From Octopus sinensis (Eukaryota), in contig NC_043001.1 in the NCBI RefSeq assembly GCF_006345805.1, positions 62,000,001 through 62,064,000 on the forward strand: a stretch of 64,000 bases of DNA, given 5' to 3'. This document shows positions 52,084-64,000 of this stretch, in pieces (position 1 is the first letter of the stretch; each line of letters begins with the position of its first letter). Made by a program: the position numbers and the translations under genes. The notes under the pieces were generated by a model, which was given only the letters and a program-made list of their open reading frames with translations, did not search any database and was not told where the DNA came from.

Positions 52084-52894
52084 GTAAGTTTGATTCTTAA
52101 ATGGTTTCCTTTTTATCACTATGCTCCCAAATAATATTTCATTATTAGTTTATATAAAACTAATAATGAAAGCCCCCTTGGATTGGAATGGTTGCTACAG
52201 AACAAAATGAGATTGAATATACATATATATTCAGCCCAAAGTTTTTTTTTTTTCATAGTGTCCAAGAAATAATAGGAATAATCTAATTATTATTAAGAAT
52301 AAACTTGGCTGATTTACTGCACAGGCATGGCTCTATAGAGCAAATTGACAGTATCAACAACCAGAGCCTTATGTTGGCCAAAGGGAATTCTGGAGGAATG
52401 ATGTTCTAAGATAACTAGATGTATTCATTAGCACAATGTCTGAAAGAGTTAACAAAGTATGAGTGACAAAAGAAGATACACAAATGAGTGGAGGTGGCAT
52501 GAGGTCAACCAGCTTGAAGAGCAGAGATCACCGTAACAGTAGTAGAAAAAAAAACACATTAAGGAGACAGCATATTTGTATATCAGTGTAGGATGCATTC
52601 GACAAAAATAGCAAGGTAAAAGATGTATCAAATAAAGTACTGAGATCAAATATAATTGTCAAAAATTCTTAATGGCAGTGCCCTAACTGAAGCAAGTAAA
52701 AGTATAAAAGAACAAAAACCAGTAAAAGAATAAAAGTTCATATTGAGGGTCTTCATCAATTGGAATGGTTAATACAATGGTTGCATGATCAATGAAATCA
52801 GAATGGTTAATACAAGCTGAAATTAGTTGTTTTAAAGATTCTTAGGAATATATTTAAGTAATTAAATATATTCATTATATATGCGGTATTATCT

Positions 52895-53695
52895 CATCAT
52901 CATCATCATTTTATGTCTGTTTTCGATACTGGATGGGTTGGATGGTTTGACAGGAGCTGACAAGCTAAAGGGATATCCAGGCTCCCCATCTGGCTTGGCA
53001 TGGTTTCTGCAGCTGGATGCCCTTCCTAATACCAACCACTTTACAGAGTGTATTGGATGCTTTTACACAACACCAGCACAGATGCTTTCTACATGGCACC
53101 AGCATCTTTGAGTCCACAAGATTAGGGATGCTCAGCTGGAGAGAGTTGCTGGGGATGAGCCTGTATGCAAGGACAACCACACTTTTACTTAACTTGACAT
53201 GTCTTTTCAAGCACAGCAAGCCTCCAGAAGTCTTGGTCCCCTGTCATCCCCTCTGTGAGTCCCAATGTCTGTAGATTCTTTCTCACCACTTCCTCCCACA
53301 TCTTCCTGAATTTACCCCTTCTACATGTTCTCTCTACAATTAGAGATCGGTGTCTCTTGATGCAACCCACTTCATCCATACACATTACATGGCCATACCA
53401 GTGCAGTTTCCTCTCTTGCACACTACATCTGTTTCTACGTGTATCCAGTTTTTCTCTCAAATCACTCACACTCTGTCAAATATGTACACTGATATTACCC
53501 GTCCAGCAAAGCATACTGGTTTCATTTCTTTCAAATCTTTTCACATCCTCAGTAGTCATAGCCCATGTCTCTCTGCCATGTAGCATAGCTGTTCATACAC
53601 AGGCATTGTGCAATCTGCCTTTCACTCTGAGAGAGAAGCCTTTTATTACCAACAGAGGTAGTAGCTCTCTGAACTTTGTCCAGCCTATTCTTATT
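52895..53695 (-). mobile_element. RTE LINE 3' fragment (intronic)
   Basis: RIGWTKFRELLPLL..SLRVKGRL, VQERKLHWYGHVM..WEEVV; (GAT)n tail. Confidence 0.85.
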
Positions 53696-54265
53696 ATGTG
53701 TGTGTGTGTTTGTGTGTATGTGTGTGTGTGTATTTCTGTGTGTGTGTGTGCATGTGTGTATGTGTGTGTGATATATATATTAAACACATATACAAAGGCT
53801 GTGTGTATTGCCAGTCTGCCGTTTTGGTGGAGATGGCCATCTCAAAGCACCGGGTGGTGTGTTTGCTATTGTTTACAACACTTGTGCTGCTTCTAATTCA
53901 TATTTGAATATATATGTTCTTTTATACTTTTACTTGTTTCAGTGCCTTTAGTCAAACAAATCGACCTCAGGACTTATTCTTTGTATGCCTAGTACTTATT
54001 TTATTGGTCTCTTTTGCCAAACCGCTAAGTTACGGGGATGTAAACACACCAACATTGGTCATCAAGTGGTGGTGGAAGGACATATTTCCAATTTCTTCAA
54101 TTTCTTCATGATGAAAACCCAAACATAAACCTGGAAGTATATAATAATGCTACCGGATAGTATTAGGTAATTCTGAGAGTGAATGAGCTTTATACTGTGC
54201 CACATTCCTAACGGAATATACCATAACACACACACACATGCACACACATACACACATGCATGCAC

Positions 54266-54322
<57 letters not shown>

Positions 54323-54466
54323 GATGGGCTTCTTTCTGTTTCTGTCTACCAAATCCACTCACAAGGCTTTGGTCAGCCCAAGGCTATAGTAGAAGACATC
54401 CAGTGGGACTGAACCCAGAACCATGTGGTTGGGAAGCAAGCTTCTTACCACACACCCACACTTGCA

Positions 54467-54502
<36 letters not shown>

Positions 54503-55269
54503 GTATTAGGATTTGCCTTATCTATCACTCACATCCACTCGGCTATGTGCAGGTAAGTTGACTTTTTTCATTTCCTCATAAGATTCTAACCCATCTTAAT
54601 TTAATTTTATCTTTCACTATAACTCAATTTAATTGTAATTTATTGCCTGCTCCTTCTTTCTTCCCTTTTTCACTGTGTAAAAACTCAACTAAGTCACCTA
54701 CCTATCTTCATTACTATTATGACTCCAATGTCATTCCAATGAATATCTGCCTATCCCATTTTATCCTATCTACTTTGACTCATTAAAATTTGCTTATAGC
54801 CTGAGTCATTGTGTTCTTTGTTTTGAAAACCACCAGCATGGCTTTCCTTCCCCAATTTTTCCTTATGGACCCACCCATTCCTTCCCCCACCACCTACACC
54901 AGAAGACTCTCTTTTGTTCAGGGAATCTCTAATGGCACCTCCCCTCCTCAGTTGTGGCATCCACATTACTGCAATACAAATGCTGTAGCATGTTACTACT
55001 CTGCACCAAAGAAAACAAAACTAAACATGACTATGCAGTACTTAGTTTTATTGTGTCATTAATTAACCAGTGAATTGTTTTTATATAATTATCTACACTT
55101 ATCCTGTCTATGTAATTTATTTACCTGTATCTCTATTAACATTGTTATGTTTTAATGCTCATATATGCCCCCCACACACACACTCCAATGGAGGTGACAA
55201 TAATTAACCAATTAACCTATATATTTACTTACTTGTATTTGTACTAACACTGTTTTTACTAATATTGGT

Positions 55270-57065
55270 ATAGCATCCATTTCCAGTGGAATTAGCAAGT
55301 GTTACATGAATGATGATGGATTAAATGCAATCACAAATGCTCATTACAACCTTCTTTTCAGATGCCAAAGCTGCAGTTCCCCCTCCCCATATTACCACCT
55401 ACCTCCCCTTACATTTCCTCAGAGTTGGCTCTGTCAATGTAGGTACATTGAATGGTAGGTCTGTTGAGATTCTTGAGGTGCTTGAACAGAGACATGTTGA
55501 TGTGTGTTGCATCCAAGAAGTAAGGTGGAAGGGATTTTCAGCCACATTCCTCACAGGCAAAAGGCATAGGTATAAATTTTTCAAGGAAGGCAAAAATGAT
55601 GGGGTAGGAGGTATGGGTATACTTCTAGTAGAGAAATTGGTAAATAAGATGATTGAGGTTGTCAGAGTATGTGATAGAATACTTAAGCTTAGACTAGTTT
55701 TGCAGAGTAGCATGGCAACAATCATCTTTGCCTATGCCCTCCAGCTGGGTCAGCTTTTATGACACTCTTTTGAAGGCTACTTCAAAGACAAATGACAATG
55801 ACCTTATCTTCATAGATGGTGATTTCAATGGACATGTTGGGTAGCACCTGGGTGTCTTCCAAGGGATGCATGGGAGCTATGGAATTGGTTCAGAAAACCA
55901 GCCAGTCACCTGGTAACCTATAATTCTGGTGACCATACTAGCCAGATTGACTACATTCTCACCAGAAAGCAGGATTCGTGGCTAGTCACAAATGCAAATT
56001 CCTTCCCTGGTGAAGAATATGCCCCTCCAAGAAGCAAGCCGGTTTGGAAAAGAATGATCTGGAAGTTTATGGATCATTTGAATAGTCAGAGATTTAGAGA
56101 CATCCTAACTGAAGCATTAAAGGAGGGGGAGATGGAGGAGTTACAGACTTGTAATATAGAATATAACCGGAAGTTCCTACAAGACAATTTACTGAGAGCT
56201 ACAGACCAAATTTGTGGTTGGTGCAAAGTCTCAACCTGACCTAGGATGACATGGTGGTGGAACAGTGTAGTTGACAGGGCTACTAGAGCAAAGAAACAGA
56301 CTTGGAAGGACTGGAAGGGTGGTGGTAGCAAGGAGCTCTATCAGGCAGCTAGAAGGGAAGCTAAGAGGCAGGTATATCTAGCAAGAGTTGAAGCGCAAAG
56401 GAAGAAGTTTGCCAATGTTCTGCAGTGTGAGGACCAGTGGCTTGAAGTGTTTCAGTTTGCAAGACAGTACACCTGGAAAAATTGTAATGTTGGAAAGAAG
56501 TGTGTTTGCATAGATGATGGCTCACTTGCAGTTAATGATTCTGCAAAGAAAGAGGGAGCTTTGATGTGCCACTATAGAATGTTGCTAAATGTAGAGAACT
56601 CATGGGAGAAGGAAAGTCTACCTAAGGTGGATCTAACAAAGCGACTGGCAATCCAAAGAGACAGTAGCATGGTAGATAAATCCATAAAGGATATGAAGGC
56701 CAGAAAAGCTCCTGGCCCATCAGGAATCACCACTGAAATGCTTAAAATATCTGATGTTGTGGGTTATGGTATAGTCACCCATATAGTTAATCAGGTTGTA
56801 CACAAGGGAGTTATACCCAATGACTAGTGTAACAGCACTATAGTCAACTACTACAAAGATATAGGTGATGCCTTAGACAGAAATAATTACTGAGTTATCA
56901 AATTCTTGAATCAGGTGATGAAAGTTACAGAGAGGGTCATAGCCCAACTAATTAGAAAGAGAGTTGGTCTAGATTAAATGTAGTTTGGTTTTGTGCCAGG
57001 GAGAAGCACCACTGATGCTGGTAAGGCAGCTGCAGAAGTACTTACCAAAAAATAAACCTCTGTAC
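55270..57065 (+). mobile_element. RTE LINE 5' part (APE endonuclease to RT start), degenerate, intronic
   Basis: LRVGSVNVGTLNGRS..DVCCIQEVRWKG, GDFNGHVG, QIDYIL, TWWWN, KAPGPSGIT. Confidence 0.85.
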
Positions 57066-57179
57066 TACAAGGACTACAACAGCAATCACTTACTCAAGTT
57101 GTTAAATCTGGAATCTTTGTAAAGCACCTTATAAATAATATTATTTTCTTTCTTTCCTATTTTGCCCCCTCCTCTACAG

Positions 57180-57462
57180 ATGGTTCCATTACTCAGTGTT
57201 GTTGAAACTAGTGGATCTGATACCTACCCGGACATTGTTGTTGATAATCTACAATTACAAGTTCTCATGGACCGAATAGTCAATGCCAAGAGGCCAATTT
57301 CACCTGTTAGCATGCACTATTTCAGTCTTTCAATTTTGCAAGGAGCAATTAATTTGGTCTTTTCCAAATGGGAACTAAAACATTCTTCTGGTCTTGGTCT
57401 AAGACGCACAAAGGCAGAAAGTGGATGTCCTCTTGATCGAAGAAAAATTGATGCTATTGAAA
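57180..57462 (+). CDS. Exon encoding N-terminal part of BEN domain
   Basis: Polypyrimidine tract + cAG|, phase 0; ILQGAINLVFSKWELKHSSGLG..CPLDRRKIDAIE; donor A|GTAAGT in phase 1. Confidence 0.85.
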
Positions 57463-58671
57463 GTAAGTAATGTTTGGTATTTTTTCAATACTGTCATTGA
57501 TTTTTTAGATTAAACTTGGTACTAATTTAGCTGACCAAAATCTTTTCCTTTCTTCTTAAATATGTTTTAATTCAGACCACCACAATATTTTGTCATGAAT
57601 CTAATACCACAATATCCAGAATAGTCTTAGATGACTTACTTATGGTTGTATAGGGTTATGTAAAGTAAATCTGGCTATTATTTCTAGGTAGACATTGCTG
57701 ATTCATCAGTTGTATAGTAAAAGGTGGTTGGTACTAGGTGCTAGTGATAATGATGTTGAAGTTTCTTGTAGTGATGATGATACTAGTGGTTGGACAGAAT
57801 GATAGTGATGTTGTGATGTTGTTTTTGATTACCCCAGACCAGCCCTATTCTCATCGAATAAACCTATAATAAAAACCATCCTAAGTATCACTATCCAATC
57901 CATTTTTTTTTTTAAGTAGTGTCTATCTCTTTCGCTTTGGCTGTTATCTCTAGCAAATTGTGAAAAAAATGTAGAGGTTTCTTTGTGGTCATAGTGATGG
58001 TTATAATGGTCATGATAGTGATGGTGATAATGGTGATGCTAGTAGTGAAAGTAATGTAGGAACAGTAGAAATAATGGTGATAGTGAGATGGAGGTGTTGT
58101 CAATTTTGCCCAGGTCAGTCTTAATCTAGTAGATCTATAAGCTTTCCAGCTATGACCATCTATTTTTTCTCTTTTGTATATATAGTGTATCCAAACTGGT
58201 AAACTATGATTTGATGCAAATTTCACTGCTTTTTCTGATAATGGTGAGATTTGTTAGAGATAAAGATTGAAGCTGTGGTGATGGAAGTGGTTATAATGGG
58301 AAGTGTTGTTGCTTAGGCCCTAGTCATCCTTGGTCAGAAATCGTTTTTGTATATCTAAAAACTACATTATCCAATATGTCCTTCATTTTTTAAGATGTCA
58401 TGGGAGTGTAATTTGAGGGAGATTTGGATGTTCTTTCTAGCAAGTCAAGCAACTATGTAGAAGTTCATCTTTTGTTTTGTAAAGGGAATAGAGATACTGG
58501 GGAATGGGTTATAATGGCCAAGGTTATGGTGGTTGTGATGGTAATGATAAGAGTTATGGTCATTTGTTCTTAACTTATAGTGATTATATGTTGTTATTTA
58601 ATTTTTAAAACAAGTTTTTTGTAATTAATGGTGTAATGTTCTTTTCTTATTATCCTTTCATTAATTTGCAG

Positions 58672-58787
58672 CATTTTATTTATCCCTGTGTAATGAGTAC
58701 CAACTGACAAAAGTATCCAAGGCCATATTTCATAAAGCTTTCACAATAAAAATCAGCAATGCCAAACGTGATCATCGAAAATCATAA
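58672..58787 (+). CDS. Last coding exon, C-terminal part of BEN domain
   Basis: tttgcAG| phase 1 gives in-frame TFYLSLCNEYQLTKVSKAIFHKAFTIKISNAKRDHRKS* (BEN basic C-terminal helix). Confidence 0.8.
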
Positions 58788-59409
58788 ACACTGGAACTTA
58801 ATGGATATTTTAAATGGGGAGCAAAAATATAATTATCAAGCATGGAATCATTTTAGAAACTTTCCAGTTAGCTGTTATTATATACAAAATGTTTGACCTG
58901 TATAGCTTACAAGCATTTCTAAGCTGAAACGTGTTATTAAAATGTAATTTTCATAATTATTGCCATCATCACTAACACTTGGTTATTATTGTTGTCTTTC
59001 TCATTGGCATTATCTAAATAAATTTTCCAAGAAATTTGGTACATCATTAAGAATTCAATTTTACATTGGTTTTTGTTTCCAGTTCATGAATCTGATGTTT
59101 TTTTTAATTTAAAATGCATCCAGTCTAGGGCAATGAGTTGGTGTGAATTGTGCAGGAATTGCATTCTACATCAATCATTTGGAAGAAGATCTGAGACTAC
59201 AACAAAAGAAAGCTTCATAAGCTCTGCAATCTTGGTTTCATCTTAGTAAGCACTGTTTTGAGTAGCAAGTATTGGAAAAAACTTGAAATAAACAGTCATT
59301 GTTAATAATAAATATTATTTTCACTCAACAATTTGTATCAAGTTGTTCATTCAGTGCATGAGTGCATGTTTAGTGTTACTAATTTCACAAACAAGCAACA
59401 ATAAGATAT

Positions 59410-59473
<64 letters not shown>

Positions 59474-59712
59474 ATCTTAGGGTAGCAAAAATATTTATCG
59501 AAAAAATTCTTAGCTACCAGTGGTCTAGCGAGAAGGAAAAGATTTAGTCAATAGACTATACATTATTCAGAGAAGAATACAGTGTACATTCAAACACATA
59601 AGAGATAACTGATAATAGGATATCTGACTCACTAGAAAGAGCAGTTAAAACTCCAAGCCACTAATAGTTGTAATTCTGAAAGGGAATGAAAAATAAAAAC
59701 ATTTACCCTATT

Positions 59713-59800
59713 ATCCTAGACTATGCATAGTTTCTGCATCTTATATAAATTGAAATAAAATAATTCCAATATATATCTGGCGCTGCTTCTTCAGTAGGAT
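59713..59800 (-). ncRNA. Type-I hammerhead ribozyme, near intact (in a probable solo PLE pLTR ~59470-59880)
   Basis: Minus: ATCCTA-CTGAAGA-a.GCA..long AT stem..TGC.a-GAAA-CTATGCATA-GTC-TAGGAT; 6-bp stem I, palindromic stem III (ACTATGCATAGT), GUC site. Confidence 0.85.
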
Positions 59801-60469
59801 GCCAGGGATCAAACATAGATACGAGGCGATAAGTAACCCGCCACGTGTCTATATGTTATAATTTTTCGAATCTTCTCTGTATATATATATATTGTATCTT
59901 TTCCTTTTACTTGTTTCAGTCATTAGACTGTGGCCATACTGGGGCACAGCCTTGAATTTTTTGTCAAATGAATCAATCCACTTCTTATCTTTTAAGCTTG
60001 GTACTTATTCTATCAATCTCTTTTGCAAGCCGCTATGTTATGCAAACACACCAACCCTAGTTGTCAAGCAGTAGTGGTGGGGGGGTGGACAAACATAGAC
60101 AGAAAGACACACACACATAGATATACATCATCATCATTGTCATCATTATTTCATGTCCGTTGTCCATGCTGTCATGTGTTAGATAGTTTGACCACTCACA
60201 AGGTTTTGGCCGGCCTGAGGCTATAGTAGAAAACACTTGCCGAAGGTGCTATACTGTGGGACTAAACCCAGAACCATGTGGTTGGAAACCAAGCTTCTTA
60301 CCACACAGCCACAACAGCATCTATATGTGTGCTTATATGTATATAACACACATACACACACATATATATATACACAGAACACACGCATGCGCACACACAC
60401 ACGCATATGTATGTGTGTGCATATATATACACAGAGTGTATATATATACATAGAGTGCATATATATACA

Positions 60470-61258
60470 TAGAGTAAAATCAATTTACTAACATAAAGTG
60501 ACAGTCCTGATTAGGACAACGTTACTGCCTTCTTTAGCTCCAGGGGAACATTTTTTCCAGCTGGCTACTGATGCACAGCTGTGTCTTTATACTTCGAACG
60601 AGGGAGCTAATGTCTCCACTCAGTCTTAAACAGTACCTGTGGACCATGGTTTCTGGGTTATTTCTCTTCATGGTTTGTAGGTACTGTTTAAGGCTGAGTG
60701 GTGACATTAGCTCCTTTGTTCGAGATATAAGGACACAGTTGTGCATCAGTAGCCAGCTGGAAAAAATGTTTTCCTGAAGCTAAAAAAAGGAAGTAACATC
60801 GTCCTAATCAGGACTGCCACTTTACATTGGCAAATAGATTTTATTCTGTAGTACTGTTACTACTTACTTCTTGCTCGGAGATTTAAAACTTATTGTTTTC
60901 CTCTTTACAGGATCAGTGTCTGTGTGTTACTTTAAAAGTATATACCTCAAACAAGGCCTAGTGCTGCCATCTCTAGCCAACCGTTTTCCTGTGCTGATGA
61001 AGGGAAACAACTCAGAAACCATGGTCCACAGGTATCCACAGGTACCTTTTAAGGTTGAGTGGAGGCATTAGCTCCCTTGTTTGAGGTATAAGGACGCAGT
61101 TGTGTGTTGGTAGCCAGCTGCAACAGATGTTTACTGGTGCTAAAAAAAGTAGTAACATCGTCCTAACCAGGACTGCCGCTATATATTGGCAAATAGATTT
61201 TACTCTATAGTACTGTTACTACTTCTTGCTCAGATGTTTAAAACTAATTGCTTTCCTC

Positions 61259-61260
<2 letters not shown>
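60470..61260 (+). mobile_element. Non-coding hammerhead-delimited repeat (retrozyme / PLE-pLTR-like): inverted partial copy + 1.6 tandem units
   Basis: 60470-60640 is the reverse complement of 60678-60850; unit 60678-61026 is repeated from 61027 to 61260; (TA)-rich microsatellite on both flanks. Confidence 0.8.
60988..61032 (+). ncRNA. Minimal type-I hammerhead ribozyme, intact core
   Basis: CCTGTG-CTGATGA-aGGGaaacaaCTCa-GAAA-CCATG-GTC^-CACAGG; 6-bp stem I, palindromic stem III ACCATGGT, predicted cleavage after C61026. Confidence 0.9.
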
Positions 61261-61296
<36 letters not shown>

Positions 61297-61599
61297 ATAT
61301 TTATTTGTATGTATATATATTAACACTATTTTAATAATAAGAATTACTACATAATTGCATAGCATTATCTTCAATACTGCCTTACATAGACCAACACATG
61401 TTTCAATTGCACCATTTAGTAACCGTTGCAATTGCAACCCTACTATAAAACTTCAGAGTCTTTACTTGATATCCTTCAATTTGGCCATTTAAATATTTTC
61501 TTTTATCTTCTCTGCATTGTATAATGTCTGTTAAGTTAGACACGAACAATCTCCATTTCAAGTTTTTATTAGATAATTATTTTTAGTCCATTATTTCAA

Positions 61600-63898
61600 A
61601 ACCTGGGGCACTAGCCTTTAATGATGGTGAAAAGAAAGAGGCTTGGAGAAGCCATTATGAAAGACTGTTGAATGTGGAGAATGAATGGGAGGAGGAGAGC
61701 CTGCCAAATGTTGACCCAGTAGAGGGACCAGCTATCTGAATAGACAGCTCCCTTGTAGTTAAGGCAATTAAGGGTATGAAACCAGGTAAAGCCCCCGGCC
61801 CATCAGGAATCACTGCTGAGATGCTTAAAACAGCTGGTTATGTGGGCTATGGCCTAGTCACCCGCATTGTAAACCAGGTAGTTCATAATGGAGTCATACC
61901 CAATGACTGGCGTAGCAGCACCATAGTCAACTGCTACAAGGTGATGCTCTAGACAGAAATAACTACAGGGGTATTAAACTGTTGGATCAGGTGATGAAGG
62001 TCACAGAGAGGGTCATAACCCATCTCATTAGGGAGAGAATTTGCTTAGATGAGATGCAGTTCGGTTTTGTGCCGGGTAGAAGCACCACTGATGCTATATT
62101 CCTGGTCCGACAACTGCAGGAGAAGTACCTAGCTAAAGATAAACCCCTCTACATAGCTTTTGTGAACTTGGAGAAAGCCTTTGACAGGGTCCCCCGATCC
62201 CTTATCTGGTGGTCGATGCGGAAACTGGAGATTGACGAATGGCTAATAAGGGCTGTACAGGCCCTATACAGAGAGGCTGTCAGCAAGGTTAGGATTGGCA
62301 ACAAATATAGTGAAGAATTCCTGGTAGAAGTAGGTGTACACCAAGGCTCAGCCCTCAGTCCCCTTTTATTCATCATAGTCCTCCAGGCAATAACAGAGGA
62401 ATTCAAAACAGGTTGCCCCTGGGAGCTCCTCTATGCTGATGACCTGGCTCTCATAGCAGAATCACTACCGGAACTAGAAAAAAAATTTCGGGTGTGGAAG
62501 CAAGGGTTAGAATCAAAGGGCCTTAGAGTAAATGTAGCAAAGACCAAAGTTATAGTAAGCAGAAAGGCGAACTCAGCACACACCCCATTGGGCAGGTGGC
62601 CCTGCTCGATCTGTAGGAAAGGTGTAGGTAGAAACTCCATAAGATGTACCCAGTGTAAGCTATGGACGCATAAGAGGTGCAGCAACATCAAAGGGAAATT
62701 AACTGATAAGATAGCTTTCATGTGCAGCAGATGCACAGGGACAATAGACACCACAGATACTCATAAAACAGATTCCATCACACTCCAGGGGGAGAAACTA
62801 GAAGTAGTTGATAGTTTCCGCTACCTGGGTGACCAATTTAGTAGTGGGGGTGGATGCTCAGAAAGTGTCACCACTAGAATACGAATAGCCTGGGCAAAGT
62901 TTAGAAAGCTCCTACCCCTACTGGCGACAAAGGGTCTCTCGCTCAGAGTGAAAGGTAGATTGTATGATGCATGTGTGCGAACTGCCATGCTTCACAGTAG
63001 TGAAACATGGGCCATGACTGCAGAGGACATGCGTATACTTGAAAGAAATGAAACTAGCATGATCCGTTGGATGTGTAATGTCAGTGTGCACGCACGACAG
63101 AGGGTAAGCACCCTGAGAGAAATGCTGGACATAACAAGCATCAGATGTGGTGTGCAAGAGCGACACTTGCGATGGTATGGTCATGTACTGCGGATGGATG
63201 AGGAGAGATGTGTGAAGAAGTGCCACTCCCAAACAGTTGAAGGTATCAGGAAGACATGGGATGAGGTAGTCAAGCATGACCTCAGAGCGTTGGGCCTCAC
63301 AGAGGCAATGGCGAAGGACTGAGATCTCTGGAGATATGCTGTGACTGCAAAGGCCCGGGCTGCTTCCTGCACCAGTTTCACATAGCCCCTGCCTATTCAA
63401 AGTACCTTGGATTCTAGAACATCCCGCTGTGCTTGAGGAGACCTATTGAGTCAAGTACATGAACATCGAAATAAATATCAATGGAAATAGTAGTTGTGAT
63501 ACCTGTGCCGGTGACACATAAAAAGCACCATCCGAACGTGGCTGATGCCAGCGCCGCCTCGACTGGCTTCTGTGCCGGTGGCACATAAAAAGCACCATCC
63601 GAACGTGGCCGATGCCAGCGCCACCTAGACTGGCTTCCATGCCGGTGGCACGTTAAAAGCACCAACCGATTGTGGCCAATGCCAGACTCCCCTGGCACCT
63701 GTGCCGGTGGCACATAAAAAGCACCCACTACACTCGCGGAGTGGTTGGCATTAGGAAGGGCATCCAGCTGTAGAAACACTGCCAGATCAGACTGGAGCCT
63801 GGTGCAGCCCCTGGCTTCCCAGACCCCGGTCGAACTGTCCAACCCGTGCTAGCGCGGAAAACGGACGTTAAACAACGATGATGATGATGATGATGATG
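61600..63898 (+). mobile_element. Young 5'-truncated RTE-clade LINE with 3' UTR minisatellite and (GAT)n tail
   Basis: Long RT ORF; 3' UTR tandem units 63500-63730; ends GGACGTTAAACAAC(GAT)n. Confidence 0.92.
61982..63322 (+). CDS. RTE reverse transcriptase (partial ORF, 446 aa) with embedded PHD-like finger
   Basis: QFGFVPGRSTTDAIF, KAFDRVP, GVHQGSALSP, LYADD, FRYLG, LRWYGHVLR; C4HC3 at 62603-62734; upstream frameshift and stop show the copy is defective. Confidence 0.9.
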   Translation: MDQVMKVTERVITHLIRERICLDEMQFGFVPGRSTTDAIFLVRQLQEKYLAKDKPLYIAFVNLEKAFDRVPRSLIWWSMRKLEIDEWLIRAVQALYREAVSKVRIGNKYSEEFLVEVGVHQGSALSPLLFIIVLQAITEEFKTGCPWELLYADDLALIAESLPELEKKFRVWKQGLESKGLRVNVAKTKVIVSRKANSAHTPLGRWPCSICRKGVGRNSIRCTQCKLWTHKRCSNIKGKLTDKIAFMCSRCTGTIDTTDTHKTDSITLQGEKLEVVDSFRYLGDQFSSGGGCSESVTTRIRIAWAKFRKLLPLLATKGLSLRVKGRLYDACVRTAMLHSSETWAMTAEDMRILERNETSMIRWMCNVSVHARQRVSTLREMLDITSIRCGVQERHLRWYGHVLRMDEERCVKKCHSQTVEGIRKTWDEVVKHDLRALGLTEAMAKD

Positions 63899-64000
63899 TT
63901 CAAATGATAATTATCCATTTATACTTGGCAAATGTGAATTTCCTCATGTGCAAGCATCTCAAAGTTTGCACCTTTCTAGAATTTATTACATTAGCTTTGT

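Noticed and set aside
51403-52134. Single-exon 243-aa gene
   Set aside because: A strong acceptor at 51421 and donor at 52084 indicate an internal exon
60534-60777. Near-identical ORFs on opposite strands (sense/antisense or toxin-antitoxin-like pair), or a MITE
   Set aside because: A by-product of the inverted repeat; the third tandem copy and the hammerhead fit a ribozyme retroelement, not a MITE or genes

Overview
AT-rich, CpG-poor, microsatellite-laden animal DNA. The SINE and RTE repeat families resemble those of Octopus (inference, no database search). One host gene can be assembled on the + strand: four coding exons (37425-37569, 51422-52083, 57180-57462, 58672-58787) with matching splice phases, giving ~401 aa with a Q/N/D-rich middle and one C-terminal BEN domain. 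The rest is layered mobile DNA: about ten RTE-clade LINE copies (the youngest has a PHD-like finger inside the RT), Penelope-like elements (PLEs), two L1/Tx1-like LINEs (one full-length in (AAT)n), a HERO-like fragment, a complete Chapaev3 transposon, two Tc1/mariner relics and several tRNA-type SINE families. Three highlights: (1) a non-coding ~350-nt repeat unit delimited by an intact type-I hammerhead ribozyme (60470-61260, retrozyme/pLTR-like), plus a second near-intact hammerhead (59713-59800, -) and several decayed ones; (2) a complete Crypton-like tyrosine-recombinase element (25434-27839) with an open ORF, an extra N-terminal beta-barrel-like module, a loxP-like 3' hairpin and both catalytic arginines lost by CpG-type transitions; (3) a chimeric inverted duplication stitched from two nearby templates (981-1381). 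Boundaries of decayed repeats are approximate.
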